Origin: Podarcis gaigeae
Lineage: Eukaryota
Assembly (NCBI GenBank): GCA_964106915.2
Contig: OZ066917.1
Length of the DNA: 64,000 nucleotides
Reading direction: 5' to 3' (one strand)
The notes under the pieces are model-generated. The model was not told where the DNA came from. It made no database searches and saw only the letters and a list, made by a program, of their open reading frames with translations. Shown here piece by piece: positions 25,636 to 38,695 of the stretch (its first letter is position 1; each line of letters begins with the position of its first letter). The position numbers and the translations under genes are program-made.

Positions 25636-27868
25636 CTGATTCAACATTTCCCATCATGGCTGGTGAAGACATGGCAAGAGACGCTTTGTGGTTGGGGGGT
25701 ATTCCAGGACTCTGCAGTGGGGGCTTTGGAGATGAAGTCCATCCAGGAGAAGGTGCAGGGAGGGACGGAGACTTGAGATGGACAGGAGAAGCGGCAGCAG
25801 AGCCCATAACAGGAGGAGATTTGATTGAAGCAGCAGCTGCTGCAGTCGGCCCTGCGAGTATCCCTGCCAGCTGGGATGGAGTCTGGGGGGACTTGAGGTT
25901 CCCGGAGGGCGAACCCAGCATGGGAGACTGGACCTGGCGCATGGTGGGGGACTTCAGTGGATTTATGCCTGGAGAATGAACCTGGCTGGCACCAACGGAA
26001 ACATCCAAGGGCTTGCGTCCGAGGTTGCGTTGAACAGGAGGAGCTGTGTTGAGGCTGTTTGGGTTGCTGGAGGGATTCAGAGGTAGTGGTGGCATGTGGC
26101 TAAGCCGGTTGTTAGTCCTTTGGTCGGGCCCCATTTGTTCTCTGTGATTCCGGAGACCAACACCTGGGCCCTGAGACATAGGATGGAAAGGTCTCGGGCC
26201 CATTCCATAGTCCTGCTGGGGATGCTCACCAAATGGCATGGGCACCATTTTCTGCTGCGAGGGGAGTATCTCCGAGACACCTGGGCGCATTTTCATCATT
26301 TCCTCCGGGCCCACTCCAGCTTCCCTCATCTTCTGAGGTATCATTGGTGGATTGGAACTCATGTTGACATTCAGATTCACATCCCCCTTCATGCTACCAG
26401 GGCCCATCCCAAATTCCAAGTCCCTACCAGCTGCCATCTGAGGTGGCATCCCTTTGGGGAAGTCCCCCCTGGAGGGGCTCATGGACCCTTCAACCGGCAT
26501 ACGTGGGAAGATGGGGTTATTGCCGGGCTCCATGTGTCTTTGAGAGGGAATCATCCGGTTCATTTCCATGCCAGGCCTGATGCCTTCAATGCTCATGCCA
26601 GGGGGAAGTCCTAGCTGTTTTTCTGCCAGCTGCTGTTGAAAGATCTCCTCAGGCAGGCCCTGAGGATTGGGGAACCTCTCCCCTCGCCCAGGCCCACTGA
26701 ACACACCTTGCCCAGGAGGGAAGTTTCGGCCATCTGGCATTTTTGGCACATCTTCCGGCCAAGGGACACCTGAAAGCCCGGGTCTAGAAGTGGCGTTTGG
26801 GACATTGGGACCCTCTATGTCAGGGTTTATCATTCCAGCAAACCCAGGCAGCCGCATCTGACCACCAGGCACATTGGGATGGGGGGCCATGCCCCTTGGG
26901 GGCAGTGAATGGGACATAGTCATACTTTCAGGAAAGGGCTCTGGGCCCCCAGGACCCCAGCCCTCACCTGGGGTCATCTGGTATGGAGGTGGGGGGCCTC
27001 TGACCAATCCTCGAGGCCCATGCTGGTGAACCATCATGTCTTGTAAAGAACACTGCTGTACAACCTGCTCCTGCTTCCTCCTCTTTTCTTCGTAGAACTC
27101 CTGTTGCAACTTCAGCCAGGCAACCTGCTCAGGGGTCATATGATCCAGGTGCTCTGGTCCTATAGGACCAGCCTGAGAGTTTAAGGATGGTGGCCCAACT
27201 TCATCTGGTGAGAAGGGCATGTCTCGGTGCCCTGGAGGGCCAAAGGGAGCCCCTCCTTCTGTCCGGGGTCCTGGCCCTTTACCTAAACTTTGGGATTGAG
27301 CCATCAAGGCCTGTATTGGCCCTTCAGGCTTCTTTTGGGGACCATCCAGCACTCCAGAATTGGGCGGGGGAGGCCCAGCTTGGCCTCCAGTGAACTCCTT
27401 CTCATCTGGGAAAAGCATACGCTGAATATCTCGCAGAGTCTGCAGGGAACGTTCTCTATGCTCCAGCTGCTCCTGGGACAGTCCATCTGGATTTTCACCC
27501 ATATTTGGTGGGTCCCCACCAGATACCTGCTGGTTGGGACCTTTAGGGTCCGCAGTGGAACTGTTACTTCCTTGGGAAACTGGACTAACGGCTCTATTAC
27601 TGGGGGTTGAAGTTTGCCCAAATCCTTCAGTTTGTAGAGGGGTGGAGTTTGCAGGACTTCCTGCTGACATCACTTTACTTTCTAATCCAGGATTGTCCTG
27701 CTCAATAGGACACGGAGGGCCAGTAGCTTTGGGTGCTGGTGCCGGCACTGGAATGGGTGGAGTCTGCTGCATTTTGGCATTCTGGGGAGGAGTCTGCTCT
27801 TGAGAAGCAGGCAGATGAGATGGAGCTTGGGGCTTTGTATCATTTCGAAGTGGTGGAATCTGAGTGTT
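25636..27868 (-). CDS. BCL9: BCL9 large coding exon 5 (HD2 beta-catenin-binding domain, HD3)
   Basis: Acceptor TTCTTCAG|AAC. Contains GLSQEQLEHRERSLQTLRDIQRMLF (HD2) and MTPEQVAWLKLQQEFYEEKRRK (HD3). Donor G|GTCAGT. 2233 nt. Confidence 0.96.
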
Positions 27869-28052
27869 CTGAAGAAAAAGGAAGACAAGTTAGTAATTTC
27901 ACATGGCTCAAATGAAGCCTAGTTCTAGGGCAATAAGGAAGGCCAAGCTCTGAGTTCACCTTTCGCCAATCCTGCTTTAACCACTCTGTCAAGCCACTGG
28001 CAGCCTCACCCCTCCTGCCCACACTGTCTTCTCCATCTGTGAAGTTACTTAC

Positions 28053-28149
28053 CAAAGGTGCAGTGTTTCGTTCCACCTTGTTAGAGATGTTCTGAATGTG
28101 AAAAGATACAATGGTTTCCACTTGTCCTTTCAGCACAGCTTCTGCAGCC
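28053..28149 (-). CDS. BCL9: BCL9 coding exon 4 (HD1, C-terminal half)
   Basis: Acceptor GTCTTCAG|G. Translates AAEAVLKGQVETIVSFHIQNISNKVERNTAPL. Donor TTG|GTAAGT. 97 nt. Confidence 0.94.
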
Positions 28150-28889
28150 CTGAAGACAAACACAAGCAGCTGAAACATCACAAGGCATGTCAGTCCCTGT
28201 CAACAAAATCTGCACCCCTTTCTGTAATTGATAACATACTAGCTGTCTTTTTTCTTAATCGCTCTTCATAGAAAGATTCCAGGACAGTGTACAAAACTAA
28301 GTGAAATTCGCACAATCAAACAAGATACAAAACAATATAAAATCTTAAGAACTAACATCAGGATAAAGTACAATTAAAAAGAAAATAATCTAAAATCTAT
28401 AAAACATTGGCAAATGAGAAGGTCTTCCCCTGGTGCAAAAAGCTTGCTGGTGCCAGGCACACCCCATTACAAATGGCAGTCCAAAGTCCGTCGGTTACCA
28501 TTCAGTAGGCCCTCTTTCTGTAAACGTAATATACCTTTACTGAAGAGGGCAACATCTAACAAAGATGTTATTTTAGGATTTAATTGGTTTCTATACCACC
28601 CTCTATCTGAAGTCCTCAGGGTGCCTTACAAATGCACAATTAAGTGCCAAATTGTCCACAAGGCAAAACACAGTTTTTCATTTTCCTAGAAGGATTCTTT
28701 TTCAAAGCAGAACATACATTCATGCCCTTCCTCGTGTGATGTGATGGAGATACAGGTACCTATTTAAGCAGATATGGTTGCAAGTGGAAGCAATGAATGG
28801 ATATAACTTGTCATCGTGAATAAGCAGCAAACAGAACTAAACCAGAGGCTGTGGCTACTACATTCAATGTAAACCAAAGTGTCACTTAC

Positions 28890-29079
28890 TTATTAGCCAT
28901 CTCTGTTGAAAAGACATAGACCACTTTGGATGGAGTCTTCTGCATACTACCTGGCTCTGAAGGGGCCGCCTGACCATGAGAAGGCGTGGAAGATCTTGGG
29001 GCTGAGGCATTTGAAGGAGCCAAGGAGTGTGCAGTATGCTGGGACTCTTGCGATTTTGCATGGTCAGCAGAGCCAAGAT
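28890..29079 (-). CDS. BCL9: BCL9 coding exon 3 (HD1 N-terminal half, Pygopus-binding)
   Basis: Acceptor CCGTTTCAG|AT. Ends ...QKTPSKVVYVFSTEMANK. Donor AA|GTAAGT. 190 nt. Confidence 0.93.
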
Positions 29080-31973
29080 CTGAAACGGAAGTAGTGGAGA
29101 GGTCTCAGTCTCAAGAAAGATAGCAAAATTCCATTCCCATCTTTCAGTAGCTCACTTAGTAGCACTTTCATTTTAGATACAGTACAATCACCCACCATAA
29201 GATTCATTTGTTCTGGCATTTATATAAGACAATTATTTCTTATGAATGCCCATCCTAATATTGATAGCTGGCATTTACAACTTCAGGCTTTTTCTCCCAT
29301 TTCCACCACAACTTCTACTATTACACTTTGTGTGATTTAAAATCCAGTCATTCATAGTATACTCTTGTACATTTGTCAATTTCCACACATCCACAAGGAA
29401 AACTCTTAAAAAGTATTTTGGCCTGAGGGCCACATTCATCTTTGGCCAATCCTCCAAGGTCTGCATGCCAACAGCAGGTATAGCAAACCTATACACTTTT
29501 AATGAAAACTTCCGTATGTGTGCGCACACAAAGGACGTGGTTTCACCCTTCGTCAGCTGATCCATGAAGAACCCCCCCCCCCCAAAAAAAACAGGAAAGG
29601 AGTGATTCTCCATCCTCATCAGGGTACCCTGCTTCACCCACCAAAATATTGTGCATGGTTCCTCCCCCCCCCCTTCACCATTGATGCCCAAAGTCATTGG
29701 GATCTTGGGGGCAGAGCACCGATCAGTCACAGCTGTTGTAAAAAAATCTGACTGGTTTCAAATCAGGAGTGTGTGTGGAATCCTCCACCAGCAAAGCTAC
29801 TGAACCTTCCACATTGTTCAGCTAGATAAAACACTTTCCCCCAGTTTGCCTCAAACTGAGATGGCCTGCCCATAGTTGTTTAGATGTTTTAGTTTAAGAC
29901 ATACTATAAATTCTACCAAGGTAAGGCTAACCTAGGACAATTGCTCCCACCTTGACACACCAGCAATGACAACAGCACACAGGAGATTGTTCTTAGAAGC
30001 TTTACACCACTTCATTGCCTTTCCCAAGAAATACACTAGAGTCAAATCCTAGAGTCTATTCAAAATCAGTACAAACCTGATGTGTAAGCAACATATGCAT
30101 AGGCCAGAGCATTTTGGCTGTATAGATTTTCTCACCATATTTAGTGTAATATTTTCACATTTAAATTGCTCTTACCCAACACATGAGACATGGGGGTTGG
30201 TTCAGAGGCTAAGTGAGATTCAAATGGTTTCCGAAACTTTAAGAAGTCCACACCACACAGTAATCAAGTAATAAAGTTTCAAGATCCACATATGGCGATA
30301 CAAAACCTATTTTTTTTTGCAAAACATCATAAGCAAAGTAAAATGAGAAACAAGTCATGTGTTGAAAAAAGTGCCGATGGGCAAAAAATGCCCTAATCTT
30401 CAGCTATGAACCCGTAATGATCAAAGCGCCCCAAACTCGAAGGTGCTGCGCAAAAAATAAATACACAACATAATCTCACCTGTAGGCTTGCAATCAAATA
30501 ACAGAAGGGAAAGCAAAAAGTAAAATAAAAGAGAAGAGGAGGAATTGGGGGGGGGGGCGCCAGATGCATGCTTCAGCTCACTTGAATTCAGCTAGTGGCC
30601 CCTGTGAATCTCTTGAGCCCAGCAGCCTCAGGACTGAGTAGAATTCAATCAAAGCTTGACACATTTGGGCTTATGTGGAGAGCACTGGCCACTATCACAC
30701 GAATTATGTTAGCCACTGAAGACAGTCCCAAGCACATGTGATTTACATAAACAGCACTTCCAGAAGTGCAACAACACTCGTAACATGAACAGTGCCTATG
30801 ATATTCCAAGCAGAACAGGACTTCTGAGACTGACAGATTGGAGCTGCATTCCTGTAGTCTAAGACACCATACAGTAACAACAGAAAGACTTTCCCTACCC
30901 CAATCAAAGCTATATTTCAAGTGGGTGGAAATGATGGTCAACAATTATAAGCTGTGAAAATATCTGACTGCTTAGAGACCAGCCTTACTGAGCTGGGATA
31001 TACAGGAACAAGCACTACTCTAGAGCAAAAATTCCTCTCTGGGGGCTAAGCTCCCCTTACTACTCCCATCGTATTGTGAAGTGGGCAAGGATACACAGCA
31101 TTAACCTAGTTCTTCCCAACCTATGAAACACAGACTATTTATCATCTGTCCTACTCCAAATTTTGTTTCACAAGCTATTCCTTTCCTTAAAGGCCTTCTC
31201 TGAGACAACTAATGTTCCTCTATTGAGGTTTTTAACCCTCTCTATCCCAAGAGGGTCTTAGTGGATTAACATATCTATGAAATTAACATGTCAACACAAA
31301 GAAAAAACAAAAATACCCACTTAAATATCCTGCACACAAACAACAGATTGTGTCGTTTTTGAGAACCAAAGCAAAACCCATTCTTTTAACACTTACAGAA
31401 ATACAGGCTCAGATTTGATGGCTGCTCCTTATGCGACATTACATAATTCACTAGAGATACCCAAGCACAGAATACACTCAGATCGTGTCAATTACGAATG
31501 GCACTTGGGCCTTTTTATAGTGTGGTGCTTGCATTTAAACCTATGGAAAAGACACCCTTTTCCTGAGAAAATTAGCCTTTTGCCTGCAGTGGAAGAAAGG
31601 CCCACCGCTAGGCACGTATCAAAACTGACCACAGTATGCTGTGGGGTTCGTGGGACCTGCCTTCTTATCAAGCATATCAAACAAAACACTCTTGAAAAGA
31701 CAAATTGTTTGCCTCTTTTTACACTTGAGGAACTATTAGTTTAAAAGGGGGTCACTGTGACAAGTTTCAGAACATGTGCTTTGGCAGGAAGCTACTTTTT
31801 CCAAGTCTTCCAATCCAATTGTCAAAAATCTTCCTTCATGCCAATATACAAAACTGACTCATTTTGGCTGGTACAATTTCTAGGGTTCAGAGCAAGTTAA
31901 AAAAAAAATCACAGAGGCTCTCAGTAAAAGCTGGCACCCACTCATATTTCTGCCCCTTCACATGTAGACATAC

Positions 31974-32287
31974 CTTTGATTTCAGATTCATCACTGGGAG
32001 TCCCAGCATCTCTTTGTTCAAATGAGTCCGCTGAAATGCTCCTCTCTCTCTTTCCTTTCCCTTTTGAACCATTGCCAGCCCCGTTCTTCAACCCCATGCT
32101 TCCTCCTTGTCCTGGGAGCACTTTTGGTGTGTGGCCCCCACTCTTGGGGTCGCAGGGAGAGGGCTGGGATTGGCCAGTTGAGCCCCCCTGTTTACCCTGG
32201 TTGGAGAATTTAGAGTCCAGCTGGGGGTTGCCAGATGGGGACATCACTGTAGGGGGACGGACCATCACCTCCTGCTTTGATTTGGGA
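31974..32287 (-). CDS. BCL9: BCL9 coding exon 2
   Basis: Acceptor TTTTCCACTAG|T. Translates SPKSKQEVMVRPPTVMSPSGNPQLDSKFSNQGK...KGKGKRERSISADSFEQRDAGTP. Donor G|GTATGT. 314 nt. Confidence 0.92.
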
Positions 32288-34261
32288 CTAGTGGAAAAGA
32301 AAGGTGGGGAAGAAGAGTAATTTGTAATAAAAGATATAAGAATGCCAACTTACGCAGCAGTAGCCACCAGCTCAGCTCATTTTACAGAGTGTGGCCAACA
32401 CCGGTAAGTTAAATTCATCCGCATGCATATTGTCCAGCAACTATCTAAAAAAATGCCTTATTATCCAGCTTGAGGTATTACTACTTAAGCAAACAGAGAA
32501 AGGCAGCAACTACCCAGATCCTAGGAACCAGTCAGTCACATGGGGATGTACCTCTGTCACTTCTGTCAATAAAGACAATGGTTTCTATGTACAAAGACAT
32601 GCCTCACACTAAGACCAGCACAAAGCAAATAAGCAGGGCACCATAAAGTTCACAATGCCACCCATCTGGATTCAAACAACACAGCTCAACTGAGGGGGGG
32701 GGATGTTTTTCCATGAAAGTTCAACTGAATTTTTACACAACTCTGAATTTCTATCCATTACCTGCCAGCGGAATGTAAGTTTTAAAAATGCTCACTTCAG
32801 TTACTTTCAACTGTTAGAGGCAAAAATTGCATCTTTCTGAAAACAAGTGCAAAAGAATATTGTAAAATAGCACTGAACTAGATTTCATCAGCACAGTAGA
32901 TGTGGGGGAAATATATTGAATAAAAAGAGCTGAATCTCAGAACTGATCCATAATTATAATCAGCATCCACAATGTATATGTAGCCAACTTGCATGAAGAG
33001 GAACATACCAGATCAGGGGTAGACCTCCCTGATAATGGAAGCTGGTCTGTAAGATCACTCAATTTCTTTGAGTCGTAGATTACTTGAAAGAGCTGTGAGA
33101 TGCACATGAGTGGCAGAAGATATGAATCAGCTCTCAGATACAATGTAATAAAAAAAACCCCCAGCAATAAAGATGAGAAGGAACCTACCCACCCCTTCCA
33201 CAATCCAATAATACACACTGGGTACAAATTTGCTTCTGGGCACAATTCTTTTGAAATGGATTAGGTCCAGAATACTTCAAGGATCCCCTCCACTCATACC
33301 ATTCCTAAGATCATAAGGAGAGACCCTTCTCTGTGTCCCATCGAAGGTAGAAGTGTAGCTGGATGAGATATGGGAGGACTTGCTCCATGTCAACAACCAG
33401 ATTACCATATTCATTTGGCCCATAGTTGGTCACTTCCTACACAGCTTTCCCCCCCAGTTACTGAATAACTGTTTTTTCCCCAGAAGGCTTTTATAATATG
33501 AGGCAGATAATGCTTTTTAATGATTTTTTAAACTGCTAACTCTGCCTCTTTTGCAATTATTTTCAACCATTTTCATGAAACTGGTTTTTCTATATTGTAA
33601 GTTATCCTAAGTGGCATGAAGTTTGGGGTATTAATGCTCTGATAAACTAATAATAATAATAATAATTAAGAGATCTGGTTACCTCAGGCAAAATAGCTAC
33701 AATTTCCATTCAGTTTTGTGTTCTAAGGATGCTTCTTTGCACTTCTACTTATTTGGGGGGGATGTTTTTGTTCCGTCTATACGAAGAATATGCTTGCCCC
33801 CTGAACACCAAGACAGAAGTGACATGGGAACACTTCCTCTATGTGCCAATATTTACCTTCCCCATAAAATGGAAGTGGAAGCACTGTGTGCTGTCAAGTG
33901 GAATGGTCAAAACTGTCACCCTCTCAAAGGCTGTTTTGTCAAATTAGAAGATTGAGCCAGAGATCCTCAATGGGGGCAAAAAACAACAAGAAAACACAAG
34001 CGACTACAAAATCAAGAACCTCAAAAGAGATTGCAAAAACTTGTAATTTCTTATGAAATATCATATAAAGGCAGATAGAACCAGCACATGAAGAGAATTC
34101 TCCGTAGCAGAATAAACTTGAATAGCACTCAGCAGATGAAACTCACATGACAGGGGGTTCCAATTAAAGTACAGAAGGCAAATAGCGATTCATGTAATAA
34201 TGCCACCAGAGAGACACACAGAGAGAGGGAGAATGAATATATATATATATATGATATTTAC

Positions 34262-34314
34262 CTCTGGGCATTTCCTGATGGGGAATTTCTCACTTTGGGG
34301 TTACTGGAATGCAT
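34262..34314 (-). CDS. BCL9: BCL9 coding exon 1 (CDS part; the whole exon is 34262-34558)
   Basis: ATG at 34314, MHSSNPKVRNSPSGNAQS. Donor AG|GTAAAT. The exon's acceptor is TTTGATTCAG|TTTGCC at 34559/34558. Confidence 0.92.
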
Positions 34315-37300
34315 TGACAGAAATCCTAAGCACACAGCCACACACACTGAGGGGGGCTTCTTGTCAAGTTCCTCTGTTGCTGCTGGCAGTTCTGAAGCAC
34401 TTTCTGTCCCTTGCTTTCCTCAGTGCTGTCGGTCTGCTTGTCTTTTTCCTTTTTGCTTCTCTCTGTTGTTGCACTGGGCCTTTCCCTCTCGCAGCTCCAG
34501 CATTCTCCAAATGTGTGACTCCTGCTGTTGTGAGGAAGTCTCGCATCTCCAGGGCAAACTGAATCAAACCCAGTCAAAGAACAAAAAAAGACTATTAAAA
34601 AGGGGAGGAATCTAGAACTAAATGAGAGCAGTATATGGCCTTTTTTTCTCCACCTTTTTAACTGGAAGGGCAAGATGAGAAAGCTCAACCAGATGGAAGC
34701 TGAATGTACATTCCGATTATAAAATAAATGCTTTTCCGGTATTAGCTACGTAAGCAACAACTAGGTGTGCTAGATCTAACAGATGAGAGGGAGGAAGTTT
34801 CTCTGTACTCCAATCCAAGATCATGTACAAACACATTTATGTGTAGAGAAGCAAGTTGCTTGTATCAATCAGTTCAAGCTTTCTAAAAGTACTACGCAGG
34901 CCACATCACTGCAAAAAGATATAGCAACATTTTTAGAAGATCACACAATTATTAGCACATCTTAAAAACAGGTAACAATTACCCTAGTGAAACACAAGAT
35001 GGTAATGGGAGGAGGGATCATTTAATGACTTCTGAATAATCAATATCCACCATCAAAATTACTGCATCAAAGTGCTAAGTATCCTATGTCAAAGTTGCTA
35101 GGCCCAATTTTCTAGACTATTGTCCATAAATACTATGTCTCAATCTACATTTAAATGAAAAGTTAGAAACACTGAACATTATGGTGTTTGAGCAGATTTT
35201 AACACAGGGCTTATTCATCACTACTATTACTAAAGGAATCTAAAATGTTTTTCTTCTTCATGCTGAAGAGTTTTGGAACAATTTTATATCAGATTCAATT
35301 TATTATCACAGTTTTTATATCAGAACAATTTTTGTATCTGAATGAAAACTAGATTACCAACCTCTAACACTGGATGATAATATTCAAATTAAGTATTTTT
35401 TCATAATTCATAAGTTTATAAGCTATGAAGAAAGTAAAAGTATACGAAAGTAGTATTTACTGGTGAGATTTCTTTGAAACACAGCAGTATATTTTGAAAG
35501 CAAAAAAACCCTTTTGTGCTGCTGAAATATACTGCAAGCATCTTCATATGACAATGTCGTAATACTGAATTTTGTCACTCTATGACACAGCATCAACATA
35601 TCTTAATATCAGAAGATAGCATCAAGACATTTAAGTTCTTTTCCTCCTTCTACCATTCCTTCCTCAAATGCTTCCAAGTCTGAAGGAAGGAAGTCCTACA
35701 AATTTGGCAAAGGATCCCCATACTCGAAGTATGTAAGGCAAGAGAGATTTTTAAAAGATTTATTATTTTTGCTCATTGCAAGAAGAAGAATGTGCTAATT
35801 AAATTTCAGATAAGGTCACGGGACAGCTATTACTAACGTTGATGCTTAAGAACCTACAAGAAATCCAATCCAATCTGCATTAAAGAACTGTATTTTACAT
35901 AAGCCATATACAGAGTTATTGTGAGATCTTATTCTCACAAGCACAGGACTCATTCTGCCCGAGAGCATATGCTAATGCCCACAAATTAGACTTGGTGGTT
36001 TTGAGAAACGAGACTTCTAGAAGCATTTTTAGTAGAAGTGGACAAGCATGCTTATTTAAACATTTTGGATGTGCCACATCTGAATCTGCTGTAAGCCAGG
36101 CTGTATTTCTACCCCTTCACCCGTAAAACATTCAAACACAAGATGGTAGGCATGCTTTCACTGAGGACAAAAGACCATAGCAGACTACACAGAATATGAA
36201 GCAGGAGATGAATTCAAACGCTCCTGTCTACTACAAATCATCCCAATATAATGGGCACTAATTTCACTTATCAATCCCAAAAGGCAAATTTTATTATTAT
36301 TTTCTAGGTTAATGAAGCTAAAATGCAAGTCATCTTTTGGGACATGTTGGACAGGGCACATGTCTTATAGAAAAGCAAGCTTTGCCAGCCTCGTTTCTGT
36401 TAATGCCACTGTCTCAGAAGAAACAATCCACAAAAGTTACTTTCAACCCAAAGTGCAGAGTTCACTGCAATCAGGACATCAATGGTCCATTCGTTCTTTT
36501 TGTAATATACTTATTATACGCAGCCATTTGACTTCATCCCTGGAGGCACACTCCATTGTCTCTCGAGACAGAGGGATGCCAACAATATTATGCTGTCAAA
36601 TGTTACAGCCAAGCAGACCATTATTAAAACCAATTTCAGTAGCTCATTCTTCAATATAATGTAGGGAACCCTGTATTTCTGCAAGCCTTTTGGCCTGTTC
36701 CCTTTGCTTCTAAAGGCAGCTTACCAGAACTCCAGTGTCACGACATTGTACTGATCATCCTGAAAATGGGTTCAGAAGCCCTTTGTAGACAAAAAGATCA
36801 CCTGAAATAAGACAAAGCTTCATCAAGCAAAATCCACAGCAAAATGAGTTTTGCCCAAAGCAAAAGAAAATACACCCACCCAGTTTTGGAAATACAGGGC
36901 CAAATTAAACTAACCAGTTCCACTACTGGAAGCCTGAACAAAGTCTCCTGTAGTGCAACAGGGGGGCCCCCCACACCCCTCAACGGCTTGAGGTGTGTGT
37001 GTTGGGAGATCCCCTCCCACAACAGAGAACAAGGGGAAGAAAGGGGAGATTGTTCCATCATGCAAGCAGATAGCTTGCGCTGACAAAACATTGTTAACAG
37101 CATGACATTGTGTTCCTCCCACCGCATCTGGAAGCATACAGTACTTGACAGCTTATCTGCCCTGATGTTTAAGGATTGGTAGACAAGGTGTATTACAAAA
37201 GACCTGCTAAGGAGGCAATTGCTCAACAAGTTGCACTGAAACAGAAGAACTGTCTCATCCAAATGATGGAGAGATGGATGGAAAGAGGGACACAATCCTC

Positions 37301-38695
37301 ATCCCAAAATTAAAGATGTAGTGGTAAGTAAAGAATGCTTGAGGGGCACAGAAGTCTACTGCCTTGGACAGAATACTTGTTCCAGCAGTTACGATCCTCT
37401 TTTAGCCATTTAATAACTATTCTGCCCAACAGTTAATGGGAACAACATTCAACTCTGAATTGTTATGTTCTTTTCAAAGATCCATTGAAATACAAACTAG
37501 ATACTCTGAGCCAGGTACAAAACACACAGAAAAAAACATGATAGATCCTTCATGCTGCTGCTATTGAAAGGGTGATCACAAATGTGTCATCCCTGGATCT
37601 GTAGCTGATTAAGCAAAAATATTACAGCCTACTGCACCAGCCAAGTTTCAGTGACTGATACGTAATTTCTGAAGAGATCTAAAACTTGATTATGACCTAG
37701 ACCTCCTGCTGTGGCATTTCCCAACTGGGGTACAATTCTAGAGAAAGGTTGGGTCAATATTATTTTTAAATATTGCATGTATTTTCAGCATTTTCGTATT
37801 ATGTTCCAATTCCATCACTGTCTTCTTCACCTACTATAAGATACAGAGAGTTGCTGTTATCTATAAGATATGCTATGGAAATGATTCTACAGTGCTAGAA
37901 GGCAACTCATAGCCAAGCTGTTGAACAATAGCTGGAATACCCTTTGAAACCAAGAGGCGAAGAAAAATAGAGCTCAACTGATGCAAAAACCCAAATTCTT
38001 TCACAAAGTATTGTTAGCTTCCTTAAGTCATGAAAACTGATGGCTCTGCTGCCTATCTTCCTTTTTGTCCTTCCTCTCTCATTTTTCCCCCTTTGTCTTG
38101 TTCTCTTTTGTGCAGTGACTGTGTGCATTGGAGTGAGTGTGTCTGTCTACAAAAGAAAACTTTATCAAAACAGATCCTAGACAGAGGAGGAGTCTAGAGA
38201 TGGCACACTGATGAATCTAAGATGGAAATGCACAGAGTTCACACCTTAGAAGAGGAATAGGAATGCAGTGCATCTGCACAAATATGACAACCCACTTCCA
38301 TTTCAGCAGCAATACACCAACAGATGGTAGCACAGCTCATGCTGAAGCTGGAAACCTTACTGGAATCAAAGCAGAATGCAACCCAACAGTATATTCAATC
38401 CCAGCAATAAACCATCACACACAATTCAAGTGAGCAAGATCTACATGGCAAAGTGCAATATCTACTGAGGGCTCCTAGAAAAGACCATTAGTAGCAGTAG
38501 TGGTAGTAATTAGAAGATTCTGATTTAGAAAATACAAATTGGAGACCTGTGAGCAGTTGTGGATAGAGTAGTAAGCTGAAAAGCACAAAATGGTTAAACT
38601 GCCTGTTCGACTAGACCTGAACCTCGGCAAACTAGTAATTGCTAGATTGGGGTTAGGCTCATCTAGCCCTGAACCTAAACAAGATGTGTACTTAC

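Noticed and set aside
25656-27803. Plus-strand ORFs antisense to BCL9 exons
   Set aside because: Shadow ORFs of the GC-rich coding strand.
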